From Balanoglossus misakiensis (lineage: Eukaryota; Animalia; Hemichordata): a stretch of DNA of 64,000 nt. Positions 1-11,750 of the stretch are shown in pieces (position 1 is the first letter of the stretch; each line of letters begins with the position of its first letter). Position numbers and translations under genes: made by a program. Location: NCBI GenBank assembly GCA_040954595.2, contig CM082581.2:3278699-3342698 (forward strand), in the 5' to 3' direction. The notes under the pieces are model-generated. The model saw nothing but the letters and a program-made list of their open reading frames with translations, was not told the origin of the DNA and searched no databases.

Positions 1-227
1 ATTTTTTGCCTTTTTTTGCCTTTTTTATTCAACTATCAACAACAACACGCAAACAACATGAGAATATAGGAATGCATGCAGAAATAAATGCAAAGCACTG
101 TTAATAATCATTCGGTAGGATAAATCGATCACCTTTGGCCAACACTCCTCTCGTGAGGTCTTGATACACTTCTGTCAAAAAAACGATCAGATCGTTTAAT
201 ATTTAAATTTTTGTTTTGTCATTACAG

Positions 228-435
228 TGATGATGAAGTAGAAGAGGCTGATAGTTATCAATACAAAGACCAATCCAAAAACAGAGAAGAAAATGTAGCA
301 TCCTCAGAATTTCCTACCTCTTCAAAAACAGAAGTGCAAGCAAAGAAAACCTCAAAACTTAAAGGTGGAAAGAAGGTGGACTTAGGTGCTGCTACTACTT
401 ATGGTGGAAGTGAGAAAACAAATATCCCTCAACAG
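228..435 (+). CDS. CLINT1: CLINT1 coding exon
   Basis: tacag acceptor at 227; CAG|GTGAG donor; encodes DDEVEE...KKVDLGAATTYGG...IPQQ. Confidence 0.85.
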
Positions 436-3400
436 GTGAGATACCAGAATTTACAAACAAAGATGACTGATGACTTGTTCGGCACTATAATGTGTGTGTG
501 TCACACAAACTGATTGCTACATTCAAGATGGGTGGATGGATGGGTTGGTTGGTGGGTGGTTGGGTGGAAGGAAGGAAGGAAGAAAGGATCAATAGATGGT
601 AGTGAATTACACAATACTCCAAGCCACAATGGGCTGATTAGTCACTTTAAATAATAATACATTCTTGTACATGTTGTTCATAATACACAGAAATAGGAAG
701 GAAAACATTACTCAGGCTTCTGAAAATACATGAACTGACACAGTTGTTTGAGACAACAAAAAGTATAGGCAGACAGCGTACCTTGTAAAGTATTGACTGT
801 CATTTCCCATATTAGCTTTAGCAATAATTTTTGCTGTACTTCAACTCGTGTTATATATGTGTAATACTCAGTGGGTGTTTTCTGGTTGTTTACACTGTGT
901 GCATAAGCTGTGGAAAAATGCATACAGACTCAAAATCTTGCGTACAGAAACCTCATAACCAAAAATGTCCTGCTAGTACACAAAGTCAGTTATCAGTGAC
1001 CAGACATCTTGGGTAGTGTTAGTAGGCTCATTAGCACACAAGTCCGTGTCAGCAACATCAGCGTTTACGTGTGCTAATGTGGTTTTTGTTGGCTTCAACA
1101 GAGAATCAAGTGTCTTTTGACATTTCGACATATTTGCTTCTAACAATATCAAAAGAAATAAGGGCAAATACATGTATCACGCGAAAAAAGCGACCCAAAA
1201 TGATTGTGCTGTGCAAGCCTGTGTTGAAGGAAATAAACATGCAGGTAGAAAGTCAACATGTGTCACATTGTTGAAACAGATTTTACCACCTTTTCATGGG
1301 ATTTTAGCCACAGTGCAATGTACCCACATGGTGTTGCATATGATGGACAAGCAACTACTGTGCCTTCACTAACAATTATATTAAGGGGGAAGTTTGATAT
1401 GTGTAGATGCTAAAAAAATTCCAGCTATAAATGTTATTATTTCTGTCTTTGTAGGAAGTTTCAACGAAGCCATCAGATGATATATTCTCCCTCATAGACA
1501 CAGATGTGCTATCCAGTCAGCCTTCGTTGTTACAGAGCAGTCCTGATGCTTTTGCCGATTTTAGTAGTGCAGCGGCTGTCACGAGTATGGACAAGCCTGT
1601 GGACACTACAGGTGCTAATACATCACAATCAGCTGCCAATGGAGATTTTGGAGATTTTAGTGTGTTTCAAGGCTCAACATCACCTATCACAAAATCACCT
1701 GGTTTAGACAACCGGTAAGTTCTTTGTGTATTGTAATATAAGAATACTAGGGTCGCGCTAGGATTTCAAGTTGTTTCCGCAAAGTTAACCCTAATGCTAC
1801 TGGGTGTCATACCTGTTTAGAGTGTCAAGTCCCTTAAAATACGTATTTGCCACTTTTTCTTCTAAAACATATTATTTTGACTGTCTTGACATTGCTCTCC
1901 TACGTACTTACATGTAGACACACTTGGCAGTAGCCCCTCCCCCGTAAAATGTACCAAATCGTACTGGTTTATATTGTATTGGTCTGAGGATCTTGTATAG
2001 GCCCTACTGAGTAACACGCACTTGGCAGTCTAACAGGCATGGGATGGGTGCCAGGATTCTAGGCACCCTGGAAATCAAACCAGTTTCAACTAACTTGGCA
2101 GCGTTAGGGTTTAACTATTCCGAATGGAGTGCAGTGTCAATTTTGTTTGCTACAAACAACTTGCGTTAGCCACACTTGTAGTGTGGTGAATTGAATGCAA
2201 TTTTTTTTTTGTCATCTATCATTTTTTATCACATTCTGCGAATGTGGCGAGTGCTAGCGTGACCCCTGAGAATATAATTTATTTTCTGTTTTTATCAAGT
2301 GGGAAATGGGTTGGTTGAAAATTGACAATATGACGCGCAATTCTGCATATTCTACGCACAAAACTTGACTCAGAACTCAAATTCAAATTTGCATTCCTTT
2401 CATTTTTGACTCAAAAATAGCTGGTTGTTATGCCGCGTGGCTGCTAATACAGAACATACACATTCTAGTAAAACCTGACAGTAATGGAATGCCCCCCACA
2501 GAGCATTGGTTTCCAAGCTGGAACGTCACTGTCATGACATGTCTGTAGTAGTTTCAATGCCATTACTTCTGTTATTCTAAATGCCAATGAGCACATGACT
2601 TGGTACAATGCTCATCAGAGATTGTGTTTTTGAATGATTCCAGAGATTCTTCATTTGGGGACTTTCAAGTGACGGCGTTTGTCTCAACACCTGCAGCAGC
2701 AGCAACAAGCAGCAGCAACAATAGTGCTCTTTTAATGGGAATGCCAGTACAGTCTCCTCCAGTATCTCATCAGCCGGCTGCACAACCACAAATGCAGACA
2801 CACTCACCTCTGCAGCCACAGACAATGCCACTGCAATCACAGGTCTTCATGCAACAAGCTCCATTAGTTTCATCGGTGCAGCCTAACCTTCAACAGGTAA
2901 TGTCATTACTTCTAAGGCAATGTTGTGTTCGAAAGATATGTTGTTGTCAATAGTGGCCTTGTAAAGTCAATGTTGTACAGTAACTGTTGCTGAGAGATGT
3001 GATGCTTGAACGACCAAGGGAGAACTCTGCTGTGTTTTTGGCACAAGTGCCATTTCTTGCAAGTATATGAGATATACCATGATGGATGTGCATCACATTT
3101 TCAATTGGATGTGTTGGGAATACATTGCTTTTAAATTGATTACGTGTTCTTCTCTTGCCCAAACAGCCAGTGCCTGTAGGAAATAATCTAATGCAGCCAA
3201 TGATGGGACAAGCAGAACAACATTTTCAAGGCGGGCTAAGTAACCCTGGAATGCAACAACCCATTCTGTCTCCAGCAGCACCCATGGTCAACCAACAGAT
3301 GATGGCCCAGCAACAAATGCCAGCTATGATGGGGACTCCTGTGCAATCTATGATGATGCCGTCATCAGTTGTCATGCCAACAGTTTCATCCACAGCATCA

Positions 3401-5147
3401 TCAGCTCACCAATCGCCTCAGGTAAAGAACAAATATCTCTTGTATGTGTATAGGCAAATTGAAACCTACATTTGGGGACTTTTACTTTTGAGGACGGGGA
3501 TTTTAATTTTATGTCAATTATAAAAGTCAATTATGACAAAGAAGTACTGGTGAGGTTTGTTACAACAGATTTTTAAACACAACTTCTAGGTTCTGTATGA
3601 GGTACCACCTGTTTGAAAATGACCTCTTCAGCACTTGATAATCACACTTGCCCTTGTTTATAATTTTTAGGGTTAAACTTCCATTTCCCCTGCCAACTTG
3701 CCATAAAAAGACCTTTTCCTCTTTAAGTACTGCCCTCGTATGGTGGGGCTATCTGTCTATGACATCATAGACATCTACAGATCAGTTTTAATTTCCCTGC
3801 TGTGCTGCTAGCACAGGCTTTCCCCCCCCCCCCCCCTCACTGACATTTTTTTTTTGCATAAATTAGTTTATGCGTAATGGTTCTGTATGTCTTTCATTGA
3901 CTTTTTATACTGACAGTGTGTACATTTTCATATCTTTTAACAGAGAAACAGCATATGGACCAACAGCAAAGTTGACATCAGTTTAGATTCACTTAGTCCT
4001 GCTGATAAGTACAAGAAGACAATACAGCCGTCAATGAATGAACTTCAACAACAAAATGTTCACATGGGTATGTGTGGACTGTTTGCATTTCATAGAAATT
4101 AGAATCAAGCATCAGCCACGTTCTGATTGGTATTTTCCTGTAGCGCAGATTCAGATGTAGAGAGGCAAAAATCTGAGAACAGAACAGGAAAAACCTACAA
4201 ATATAAAGATTGAGCCAATTCTACTTCTGATTTAATTAGATTCTGTTGTAATCAAAGCCCAGATAAAAAAACTTTTCTATTTGAAATCACATTTCAATCC
4301 CCTGCCAAACTTGTACCAACTGAAGCAGTTTGTATTGTATCCACCGGTGTATTCAGGTATCTTTTGGTCTCTGTAACAATGTATTGTTATTCACAATTTC
4401 CTCAGGCAAAGTCAGATGATGAATATTAACAATTTCCTCAGGCAAAGTCACATTTGACACCAAAGCGCTATACATCAGTGGAAAGCTCTTACTATAAATT
4501 TTATTCCAGTGTCACCAAGACTTGTAATACCGGAAGTGTTTGTTTTGCATTTTAAGTTTAACTGTAGCCCTGTGCACAATCAGTGATTGTTTTTAACAAG
4601 ATCTGAAACTGGCACTGTTAGCAAAACTATGTCTCAGATATTAAAAATGCAAATTTGCCTTTTCAGAATTGCCTAAACTTTGAAGATTTGTACTGCCCAC
4701 GACACACACAAAACCATGTGACCTCAGGAGAAGTGCTCTATTTCTTCCATTGGCTGCTGGAATTGCTGCTTCTATTTCATGTAATAGTTTGAACATGTAA
4801 CTGACACCATTGATTGGGTTGCTTTATTTGCAGGTGGTGTGCCAGGTGTATACTCAGCACAGCCCTCAACAGCAAACATGTACAATCAATCCAGTATGGG
4901 TGGCATTACAAGCACCATGGGACAGATGAATCTAGGCATAGTCAATCAACAACAACAAACACCAATGATGAACATGCAACCTATGCAAAATACTATGGGT
5001 ATCGGAATGCAGGGGATGGGGATGGGTTTACAAGGTGGCAATATGACTGTGGGATCTATGCCTCAAGTCTCTCCTGGAATGCAGACAATGTCCATGGGTG
5101 GAAGCACTTCATCGCCAGCAATGGGCACTCATTATGGTATGAAATGA
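228..5147 (+). CDS. CLINT1: Clathrin interactor 1 / epsinR, 3' part (six coding exons; ENTH-domain exons lie upstream of the window)
   Basis: Exons 228-435, 1455-1714, 2644-2896, 3167-3421, 3944-4067 and 4834-5147 all have AG/GT boundaries and join in frame. The translation shows KKVDLGAA, repeated DFGDF/FADF adaptor-binding motifs, WTNSKVDISLDSL...QPSMNELQQQ and a Met/Gln/Gly-rich tail, all typical of epsinR. Confidence 0.9.
1455..1714 (+). CDS. CLINT1: CLINT1 coding exon
   Basis: tttgtag acceptor; CG|GTAAGT donor; encodes DAFADF and NGDFGDF motifs. Confidence 0.88.
1748..2268. mobile_element. hAT-like MITE carrying a nested piggyBac-like MITE
   Basis: Imperfect TIRs TAGGGTCGCGCTAG ... CTAGCGTGACCCCTG; AGAATA present on both flanks (degenerate TSD). 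Confidence 0.5.
1789..2109 (+). mobile_element. piggyBac-like MITE (copy 1)
   Basis: TTAA|CCCTAATGC...GCGTTAGGG|T-TTAA; colinear and highly similar to the copy at 30643-30948. Confidence 0.75.
2644..2896 (+). CDS. CLINT1: CLINT1 coding exon
   Basis: ttccag acceptor with phase 2 match; DSSFGDFQ then a Q/P-rich stretch; CAG|GTAAT donor. Confidence 0.82.
3167..3421 (+). CDS. CLINT1: CLINT1 coding exon
   Basis: Pyrimidine tract plus aaacag acceptor; M/Q/P-rich; CAG|GTAAAG donor. Confidence 0.82.
3944..4067 (+). CDS. CLINT1: CLINT1 coding exon (absent from ORF track)
   Basis: ttttaacag acceptor; RNSIWTNSKVDISLDSLSPADKYKKTIQPSMNELQQQNVHM; G|GTATGT donor (phase 1). Confidence 0.88.
4834..5147 (+). 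CDS. CLINT1: CLINT1 terminal coding exon (Met-rich tail)
   Basis: tttgcag acceptor, phase 1; M/G/Q-rich; ends HYGMK-TGA; AATAAA at 5394-5399. Confidence 0.85.
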
Positions 5148-6189
5148 ACAATAGTGGACACCTTTATTTTTAAAAATGAAACAATAAGTTAATTACACTG
5201 TATATAAAGAAGACACTTCTTGGCATATCCATGGGTTTATGAAGATTTCAGTGAAGGTTTACAGGTTTTTGGTTAAGTCTTTATGTACATTTGACCCTGC
5301 AGACATAATCTTGTGGTACTTACTATTTTGTAAGAATATTATTTGTGATTGGACCCTCTTTCTTATAAAATCCTAATTCCCTACCACCCATGAAATAAAA
5401 CTCGTTTATGAATCAAAGTTTGTATATTTGAAAGGTCTGTAAGCAAGGTACATATTTCTCAAACTGCCAATGAATTTTCAGATATGGAGAATAGAGTTCT
5501 GTCCCCATGCTTGTACTAAAATCTTGCAAAATATGCTTGTAGTTCAAAAAGAAATATATCAATAAGATGAAAACAACGGTGGTAAAGGGGGAGTACAGCT
5601 GATTTTCTTTCAGAGAAGTAAGCATGTGAATGTATAATTTGAATTCCGATAGCTAATTAGTATTTACATGATGATCTGTCAAATTGTCATTCAACTACAT
5701 GTACCTTCTCTTAGACAGCATGACTTTGATTTGTAATGTGTATGTTTACTCAGTGCCACATTATAGGCAGTATTATACCTTGCCATTTAAATTAGTCACA
5801 GTCTCTCTACCTGTGTTCTAGTTTACAGCTATATTGGCAAACATTGTATTCGATTTGCACCAGTGTATATAGTAGTGAGGGAATTCAACTTGGTGTTAGT
5901 TTGTAAAGCAAGTTGACATGTACAGACATTCATTTCGGTTACTGTACATGGATAATACATGATTGTACATCAAGATACACAACCCTGTTGACAGCGTAAT
6001 TTATGAAATGATATCAAGGGGAGGTTTCAAAGATGGGAGAGCTGACATTCATGATTTTATTTTTCATAAAAAATGGTTAGCCATCTATGTGACCTCAAAT
6101 GCATTATATCTGACCCGAATTTTTTTCTTAACCTTGTCAAGAATAAAATAGCTTTTTGTAGACTATCAAAGGCTGAGCCATTGTCATAT

Positions 6190-6270
6190 TTTAAGGTCCC
6201 ATGAGGTATGTTTATATATACCATTGGGATCTTATGGGATTGGTTGCATCTGTATGTATGTATGTACAGT
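6190..6270 (+). mobile_element. 5' head of a DINE/HINE-like element (hairpin + GTAT microsatellite)
   Basis: AAGGTCCCATG...ATTGGGATCTT hairpin, then GGATTGG and (GTAT)n; similar to the head at about 13000. Confidence 0.5.
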
Positions 6271-6684
6271 GTTAGACTTGCTCCAAGTCTATGGGCTTCA
6301 TTATGTGTAGGGAACGCTTGGTCGACGCTACCCGAAACCACAAGCTCAGTCCCAAATTCGAAACTCACGTCATTACCAAAAACACGCTCAAGGCAAGCAT
6401 GCAGGGAAAAAGTATTGCAATTATTTATTATGACAAAAAACCACCGAAAACACAAAGTATTGAGATTTAAAATTCAGGTAAAATGTGAAGATAAGCTTCT
6501 TGAATAATTCCTTATGAAGGCATGATAGCTCTCTATCCTCTCTAACTCGAATAAATACAAATGCTTATGTCTCCCAGGTGTAAGTTGAATGTACACATTA
6601 CAGATAACCTAATTACTACTGAAGGTGACAGGGGACTTTTAAAAGACTTACCTTTGAATACTTTCTATTTGTTTATATTTGTAG

Positions 6685-7868
6685 ATGGAGCTGACATAAA
6701 TGAGGTACCAGCAGCAGTACAAGCACCAAAGGCAGAGCCGTTTCATGTAGAGACAAAGCAGTTAGTCTACTTTGACCTTGAAACCACTGGTTTTGGTAAT
6801 ATGGCAATTTACTTTAATATCTGTACTAAACACCATTGTCAGTATGTGTGATACTACCGTGATACTACCACCACAATTCCAAGGTGCCGTGAAATCGCTT
6901 ATCTGGGCGCATTTTCGCAAATCATACAGCTTTTTAGGGATGCATGTATGATAAAGGTATTATTACTTGAAGTTTGGTCGATGAGGCGATGCATTCTTCG
7001 CAACTCGTCCAAATAACCACTAATATTTCTAAACGTTTTTGTTTATCTGACCATAGATATACTGTATGTTATTATTACAGGAACATCAGCACACATAACG
7101 CAGATAGCTGCAGTTTGCCAAGAGAGGTCGTTCAATGTATACGTTACACCTAAAAGACCTATCACTAAAGAAGCTTCGGCTGTAACTGGCATCTTCATGA
7201 ACGGTAATAAAATGAGTCACAATGGCATAGAAGTCAACTCATTCCCTATTAGAGAAGCTCTGCTGATGTTTGTGGAATACCTTCAGAGCATAGATAATGC
7301 AGTTCTTATTGGGCACAACGTTAAGAATTTCGATAGTAGAGTTTTACTCACAGCTGCCAGTTCTTGTGGTATGAAAACTGAAATAGATAAATCTATTTCT
7401 GGTTTTCTTGACTCTCTACCTCTTCTCAAAATGGTACTTCCTGGCCAGAGAAGTTACAAACAGCAGACACTGTATGAGGGTATTGTGGGGGGTTCCTATG
7501 CTGCGCATGATGCCTTGGCAGATGTCAAGGCTCTACAGTGTCTTATGAGTAGTATTGGGCCATCAGAAACTGAACTTTTTAAACATACATTCACTGTAGC
7601 ATTTGTTATTGAATCGTTAAATTATTTACAAATGAAAAAAACAAACCTGTCTACTTTACATATTTTGAAAGGCATTGTCAGTGACGGTATGCTTACAAAG
7701 ATTGCCGGCTCTGGCCTTCAATTTAATCATTTAAAACTTGTGCACAAGCGTGACAAAAATGGTATATTTTATTTATTTTCAGAAAAACAAATATCTGGGA
7801 AAGCACGTGTTACAAAGAGCAGTTCAATAATCAAGAATGTAAATGACTTTTTAGAAAGTTGTCGATAG
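6685..7868 (+). CDS. DEDDh (DnaQ-like) 3'-5' exonuclease with exuperantia/PML-C-like C-terminus; two exons, 5' end uncertain; probably transposon-derived
   Basis: Exon 6685-6795 (gtag|...VYFDLETTGF G|GTAAT) splices in frame to 7081-7868 (tacag|...HITQIAA...ASAVTGI...LIGHNVKNFD...FLDSL...AHDALADV). ExoI, ExoII and ExoIII motifs are all intact and there are no stops. A possible first mini-exon 6561-6579 (ATG...T|GTAAGT, phase 1) would give about 305 aa. Confidence 0.8.
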
Positions 7869-7994
7869 GTGGGAAATGGGCTTTGTTTTTGTCGTTGTTT
7901 TAACTTACGTGAAATATAATCATGGAAAATATATTGCAAAATTAGGGTTTCGAGACCAGAGGGGTCTCGAAACCCTCTTGAAATCGTGTTGTTT

Positions 7995-8044
7995 TTAGGG
8001 TTTCGAGACCAGAGGGGTCTCGAAACCCTCTTGAAATCGTGTTG

Positions 8045-8084
<40 letters not shown>

Positions 8085-9973
8085 TTCTTCCCACTTTTAA
8101 AAACAGCCGCTATTCGAAGACCGTTGCACCCAATGACTTGAAATTTGGCTCATAGGTAAAACTCAAAGCAAGTAATTTTTTGATCATGTCACTATGGCAA
8201 CAGGTCACATGACCTGGCAGCCATCTTGGATTTAAACTTTTAAATTGGTCTAATTTGCATAAAAAATGAAGAATCCAAATTCAAACTTTGTGGACCATAT
8301 GGCCAGGGTCCTATATGCCAAATTTCAATGTCTAAGTCCTTGCCGATTTTGAGGAGATGATTTTTAAAGCATTATTTTTCATATTTTCCATGACCATTGG
8401 ACCCAGCCATTGGCCTATACTTTCCATGGTTAAGCAATGGCCCCCTAGGATTTTAGATTTATGCCCAATATCTCAACATCCGCTGGGCTGATCAGCTTCA
8501 AATTTTGTGTGCAGCTAGCCTACCTTCCGACAATCAGTTCCAACTGGAAAAAATAATATGGAAAATCGACCGATTTTTTTATATTAATTTTTTTATGAAA
8601 TCTATACCTATACTTATTCCACTATACTTAAGCTATGGCCACATAGTTTTGTAGAATTCTGGTCGGTGCAATAGTCTGCAGCATGGGACCAAAATAAGAA
8701 GCCACATTTAAGGCTCACCTGTGACACCTGCTCAACTCATTAATTATGTGCATACCTAATTCCAGGCAAACCAACAGGGCTACAGGTCTGATTTTTGTCG
8801 GACATGGACCAGTATGGGGTCAAATTTTTTTCCCAAATTTTGGGTGACCTTGGGTGACCTTTGACCTACTTTCGCATATCTCAGCATCCAGAGCAGGTAC
8901 AGCTCAGGTGTTTGGGTGGATGGGACCAAAATAAGAAGCCAAATTTAAGGCTCACCTGTGACACCTGCTCAACTCATTAATTATGTGCATACCTAATTCC
9001 AGGCAAACCAATAGGGCTACAGGTCTGGTTTTTGTCGGACATGGACCAGTATGGGGTCAAATTTTTTCCCCAAATTTTGGGTGACCTTGGGTGACCTTTG
9101 ACCTACTTTCGCATATCTCAGCATCCAGAGCAGGTACAGCTCAGGTGTTTGGGTGGATGGGACCAAAATAAGAAGCCAAATTTAAGGCTCATCTGTGACA
9201 CCTGCTCAACTCATTAATTATGTGCATACCTAATTCCAGGCAAACCAATAGGCTACAGGTCTGGTTTTTGTCGGACATGGACCAGTATGGGGTCAAATTT
9301 TTTTCCCAAATTTTGGGTGACCTTGGGTGACCTTTGACCTACTTTCGCATATCTCAGCATCCAGAGCAGGTACAGCTCAGGTGTTTGGGTGGATGGGACC
9401 AAAATAAGAAGCCCATTTTAAGGCTCACCTGTGACACCTGCTTAACTCATTAACTATGTGCATACCTAATTCCAGGCAAACCAATAGGGCTACAGGTCTG
9501 GTTTTTGTCAGACATGGACCAGTATGGGGACAATTTTTTTTCCCAAACTTTGGATGTCCTTGGGTGACCTTTGACCTACTTTCACATATCTCGGCATCCA
9601 GAGCAGGTACAGCTTAGGTGTTTGGGTGGACGGGACCAAAATAAGAAGCCAAATTTTAGAGTCACCTGTGACACCTGCCTAACTCATTAATTATGTGCAT
9701 ACCTAATTCCAGGCAAACCAGTAGGGCTACAGATCTGGTTTTTGTTTGACATGGACCAGTATAGCGTAAACATTTTCTGCTCATATTAAGCGTGACCTCA
9801 CGTGACCTTTGACCTACTTTTCCACATCTCAGCATCCACAGCACATACACCCTTGGCATTTGGAGTGATAGAACAACTAATGCAGTAATTAAATATGCAC
9901 AAATCTATCTCCAGGCGAACCAATAGGGCTAGTAGTGTCTCGAAACCCGCTTATTGCTGTTCACAGCTATATT
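7995..9973 (+). mobile_element. HINE-like element, inner complete copy A
   Basis: Complete head (7995) to tail (9937-9973); near-identical to the body of copy B at 9974-12568. Confidence 0.78.
8685..9870 (+). repeat. 237-bp tandem array, 5 units, inside HINE copy A
   Basis: GGGACCAAAATAAGAAGCC recurs at 8685, 8922, 9159, 9395 and 9632. Confidence 0.95.
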
Positions 9974-10350
9974 TTATTATTATTATTATTATTATTCTTC
10001 CCACTTTTAAAAACAGCCGCTATTCGAAGACCGTTGCACCCAATGACTTGAAATTTGGCTCATAGGTAAAACTCAAAGCAAGTAATTTTTTGATCATGTC
10101 ACTATGGCAACAGGTCACATGACCTGGCAGCCATCTTGGATTTAAACTTTTAAATTGGTCTAATTTGCATAAAAAATGAAGAATCCAAATTCTGTTCAGA
10201 AACTTTGTGGACCATATGGCCAGGGTCCTATATGCCAAATTTCAATGTCTAAGTCCTTGCCGATTTTGAGGAGATGATTTTTAAAGCATTATTTTTCATA
10301 TTTTCCATGACCATTGGACCCAGCCATTGGCCTATACTTTCCATGGTTAA

Positions 10351-11495
10351 AGAGGAACGACACCCACAATTTTGGGCTTCAAAGTCCAAACCGGGTGTCA
10401 AAAACGGCAACGTTCCGATGGGTTAATTCACTTTCACTTCCTGCGCAAGCAGAAGACGCGAGTTGAAAATACTACAGTGACGTCAGCAACTTGCGTTGCA
10501 GTCGACGCGCAGGGCTCTTACACGTTCGACGTGTCATTTCCAATAAACAGACACATTTTGCGCGGATCTGACATGGCAAAATGTCAAGTTCATGACTTTA
10601 AAAACATATTCGGAAAATCGACGGGGATAAGTTTCTTTCAAAGGCAATGCTCTACATGTATTGTATTTGTCGATGCGTGCAGACATAGACCCTGCAATGT
10701 CCAAGATGCCATGCATGTCGACGTTTATGAACAAACCGTAAGGCCTATACAAAGTTGTTCTAACTGCCGCTGATAATAATAAACGTACCGTTTTAAATCC
10801 TTCCTGCACGTTTTTTGGTACACGTATTTGGGTTTAATTTCCATTTATTGACGATCGCATAGTTATCAAATGAAAGCAACTAAAAAGGGCAGTTTTAATA
10901 CATTTCAAGAGACGAAACATGCATAGAATAACTATGGTATTGGCTTCCATTATACTACGGACGTACTACACCTGGAGAGCAGGACGATGCACCTTCGTTC
11001 TCTTCAACTCCATAAAAGGTGACAAAGTATTTTTGTAAGAAAAGTGGTTCGAAAAGGTGACAACGAGGGAGAGACAACAAGGGAGTTTCACCCATGGAGT
11101 GTCTATGGTTTCACTGAAACCACACCAAGTGTAAGCCTTGACAAACGGGACACATCGGAGATCAGAACTGCATGAACTTTTGTCCTCTGTAAAATTCAGT
11201 CGCTTGGTCGTAGAAGGGAATCTCTGGTTCAAAATTGTAGCCTACTACCCGAGAATATGTTGCCATGCTAACGTCGTCGGTCGCGTGAGTGCAGGCGTGT
11301 ATAAGCATAGGCTCGCTCCAACGCGTCGGCAGCGGACAACAGTTGCTGACGTCACTCACTTCCGGGTTCGCGCAGTTTTTGGCTGGCTGTAGCTCTGTTA
11401 TGCGTAAGTGAAAGTGAATGAAACCAACGTTTTTCATAGTACTTTTTAATCGCATTTCGCCGAATTGGCTCAAAAACGGATCACAACGTTCCACT
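10351..11495. mobile_element. 1145-bp non-autonomous TTAA-specific DNA transposon (Kolobok-like)
   Basis: Absent from copy A (GGTTAAGCAATGG). TTAA is duplicated at 10347-10350 and 11496-11499. Ends are AGAGGAACG / CGTTCCACT. Confidence 0.85.
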
Positions 11496-11750
11496 TTAAG
11501 CAATGGCCCCCTAGGATTTTAGATTTATGCCCAATATCTCAACATCCGCTGGGCTGATCAGCTTCAAATTTTGAGTGCAGCTAGCCTACCTTCCGACAAT
11601 CAGTTCCAACTGGAAAAAATAATACGGAAAATCGACCGATTTTTTTATATTAATTTTTTTATGAAATCTATACCTATACTTATTCCACTATACTTAAGCT
11701 ATGGCCACATAGTTTTGTAGAATTCTGGTCGGTGCAATAGTCTGCAGCAT

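Noticed and set aside
4393-4451. 22-bp direct duplication (ACAATTTCCTCAGGCAAAGTCA); similar 19-bp duplication at about 44654-44692
   Set aside because: Ordinary local slippage or repair duplications with no further structure.
4814-5173. 119-aa ORF overlapping the CLINT1 last exon
   Set aside because: Alternative frame; splice phase and Met-rich composition select the 4839-5147 frame.
6057-6507. ORFs 6057-6455 (-) and 6208-6507 (+) as upstream exons of the exonuclease
   Set aside because: They overlap a HINE-like head and microsatellite, show no transposase motifs, and the donor at about 6478 is phase 0 in that ORF whereas the 6685 acceptor needs phase 1.
6685-6699. ATG at 6685 as the exonuclease start codon
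   Set aside because: Out of frame with the nuclease; it reads ATG GAG CTG ACA TAA.
10372-11503. ORFs inside the TTAA insertion as a transposase
   Set aside because: Short, overlapping on both strands, with no recognisable DDE or THAP motif.
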